DNA of 64,000 nt. It comes from an uncultured Nitrososphaerota archaeon. GTDB lineage: Archaea; Thermoproteota; Nitrososphaeria; Nitrososphaerales; CADDZS01. Below, piece by piece: positions 61,942 through 64,000 of the stretch. A model generated the notes under the pieces. It was not told the DNA's origin. It worked only from the letters and a program-made list of their open reading frames with translations, and did not search any database. Position 1 is the stretch's first letter. Each line of letters opens with the position of its first letter. Position numbers and translations under genes: made by a program. Location of the stretch: NCBI GenBank assembly GCA_963799845.1, contig CAWCYI010000004.1:2016001-2080000 (forward strand), in the 5' to 3' direction.

Positions 61942-62635
61942 TCATTTTGGGAGTGAAGCGAGCGTTTTGATTCGTAAGCAAAATTCATCTCGGCTAGTGT
62001 TGTTGTTTCCTGTGCTCCTAGTATTGATATTCGGGATATTCGTTGCGCACGTTACGTCGTCATCGACGATTGCAGACTCAGTTTTTCAGGTCGCCAGAAT
62101 CAATCCATTAGCTCCTGGACTAAAACTGTCTCTTTCAATTTCCAATCCTGTGATATTCAGCGGAGATAGCATTGGAATCACGATCAGCGAGTCTAACACC
62201 CAGACGACTCCAGTCAACATGAACTTTTCCAGCAATTGGCCCGTGGAAGGTCTGAGCCTATCAATATGCGGAAGGTTGGGATCTCCATTTGCGTTCGGCG
62301 TCGCGCAGGGTTACTACACCATATCTAACATTTCCTCAGCCGAAATGCTGGACATATTCGCACCCACAAGCTTCCCAATGACAGATTGTGCGCCGTCTCT
62401 CTTCAATGCCAGTTCGTACATATTTCAATCGCAGAGCAACATTGTCTCGATAGTGTATCCCTTGCTGGAATCTCAACCCCAGATATACAACGAATCGGAC
62501 GAAGCTTCTGTCTCGGCGAATGGATATTTGCCGAACGTGGGAAACTGGACAGAGTTCCAAATGGGTACTTACACGGTCGTGGGGGGTGATGAGTGGGGAA
62601 ATGTCGTGATACTTCACTTTGCCGTTACTCCTTAA
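61670..62635 (+). CDS. Surface protein with DEWG module (true start likely near 61960)
   Basis: TM 'LVLLFPVLLVLIFGIFV'; GTYTVVGGDEWGNVVILHFAV. Confidence 0.75.
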   Translation: MLGRMLLLSTSSMEVVAADFSRDRRLELLQQTILNGTTWMASMMGITHFRSIIPITITISPPNSGLQFIHVQYCFFPLERQTSLLLQYHADHFGSEASVLIRKQNSSRLVLLFPVLLVLIFGIFVAHVTSSSTIADSVFQVARINPLAPGLKLSLSISNPVIFSGDSIGITISESNTQTTPVNMNFSSNWPVEGLSLSICGRLGSPFAFGVAQGYYTISNISSAEMLDIFAPTSFPMTDCAPSLFNASSYIFQSQSNIVSIVYPLLESQPQIYNESDEASVSANGYLPNVGNWTEFQMGTYTVVGGDEWGNVVILHFAVTP

Positions 62636-62688
62636 GATTATTGAAAAATGAACATCTGCTTACTTCTGAAAGAAAAAGAACCTAGATA

Positions 62689-63392
62689 GTGACAGCGTTA
62701 GAAATGGGAATCTCAAATACTCCGACACGCCGAAGCTTGAATGCAAGCGGAATTTCGAAAATCTCGCTCGCGGTGGTTGTATTGATCACCATATCCCTGG
62801 TTGTAGCGGCCAGCTACATATTTTCTTTCTATGAGACCAGCCCAGGAAGCCAATATCTGGCACAGTGCGACCCGAACTATAATCCATTCACCACTTTTAC
62901 AAATACCTCGCAACTTGAGACTTTCAGTGCGATACGATGAAACCTGATGACGTTGGAAAATTCTGCGCGAGTTACGGTATGTCTTCAGACAGTTCGTTCC
63001 AGTTGAATCTTGCAAACAAGTGGTCTGTTTTCTACGCAAACAATAAGTCGGCGGTTCCCACCTCTCTCCTGCGCATATCCGCAGAACCGAACTCCGTAAC
63101 CGTTCCAGCATTCTCCGACCAGAGTGGACCGAATACTGTGACATACGCTTTATTCACCATATCCACTTCAAACTCCTCTAAGGGATTCTACGCCATTTTC
63201 CTTCCAGGTTTCTGCTCATTCATGGGGCTGGAGGTGGGCTACACTCAAGTGAATTTTTCTGATTTTGAGTATTGGTATCAAACGCCAGTTTCAGGATGTA
63301 CTTACGATGGTGGCGGGATCATATCAACCAGCGACAATGTTGGCGTGGCGTTCACGTCAATTCCGCTAAACGAGCAAAAATATTCTAGTTAA
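62689..63392 (+). CDS. Surface protein, probably frameshifted near 62930
   Basis: SGISKI leader in 62689-62940; beta domain in 62937-63392. Confidence 0.6.
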
Positions 63393-64000
63393 TTTCAAAA
63401 GTTGACGACGATTGAGTGTTAGAAGATCGCGGGGTCAGGAAGTTCGTTGGTTCTAGGCAGTAGAAAACAAAATCTTATCCCCGAGTGCCGAGTTGATTAA
63501 AGACAAGTCTAGTATTTGGTCATCATCTTACTATCTTTAAGACAAGTTACACTTTTTGAAATAGTTCCAGACCAGTCTCAAATAGAGAATCAAAACTAAA
63601 CCTTGTTGCTAAAATTTAACAGAAAGTTGTGATCTTGACTAGACTGACGCGAACCTATTGAAATGGGCTTTTCAACCAAGAAAGCGTCTCTTTCAGAGAA
63701 GCAGCTTTTCGCTCGATGAGAATTAACTTCTCAAATGTAGTTTTTTCTGTAGCAAGACCTCGTTCAGAGATTATCGTCACTACGAAGCCTTAGTCGCGAA
63801 ATATTGCTAGATTCTGAGATAATCTCGTTTAGGAGACGAATGATCGACTTTACGCCGTATTCATCAAGCTCCGAACGATCGTTGTACCGCTCGAATATTT
63901 TTTCTGGTCTCCTCGATTTTTGCGAAAAGAGGAGCCAAATCGGATTCGGGATGAACTCTATCGCTGGTTATAGCTTCTTCTGCCAAAATTTCGATTTCAG

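Noticed and set aside
49047-63392. Diversity-generating retroelement behind the surface-protein variation
   Set aside because: No reverse transcriptase and no adenine-specific TR/VR pair seen in the window.
63400-64000. Coding region at the window end
   Set aside because: No ORF of 60 aa or more; possibly a degraded or partial gene, but it cannot be called.

Overview
Archaeal-looking DNA; the nearest style match is Nitrososphaerota-type Ser/Thr-rich surface proteins and class III-like signal peptides, which is inference. The window has three parts. (1) Both ends (about 1-4.1 kb and 48.9-64 kb) carry paralogous arrays of membrane-anchored Ser/Thr/Cys-rich surface proteins built from a few shuffled modules, with a shared promoter block. 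(2) About 4.4-25 kb is the core of a probable mobile element (virus or conjugative-type). It has two FtsK/HerA-superfamily ATPases, each split by an intein in Walker A. One intein has an in-frame LAGLIDADG nuclease; the other hides a Zn-finger/Vsr-DUF559-like nuclease in another reading frame. ParB-like, wHTH, Zn-ribbon and many membrane proteins are also present. (3) About 25.5-48.9 kb is the most striking part. By my manual count 28 starts of otherwise unrelated ORFs share a basic N-terminal leader, M-x(1-8)-H-[YF]-[PGF] and/or [YF]-F-L-[AVG], often preceded by a YTTTTTC DNA motif. The leader is fused to domains resembling those phages and conjugative elements deliver into cells (LPD29, HExxH peptidase, GNAT, SWIM, DUF6876, DUF5771-like). 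I interpret this as a candidate leader-tagged cargo packaging/delivery system. Many genes are frameshifted, which may be consensus error or real decay. No rRNA, tRNA, CRISPR array, intact integrase, att site, terminase or HK97 capsid gene was recognised. All family calls are by eye, without database searches.
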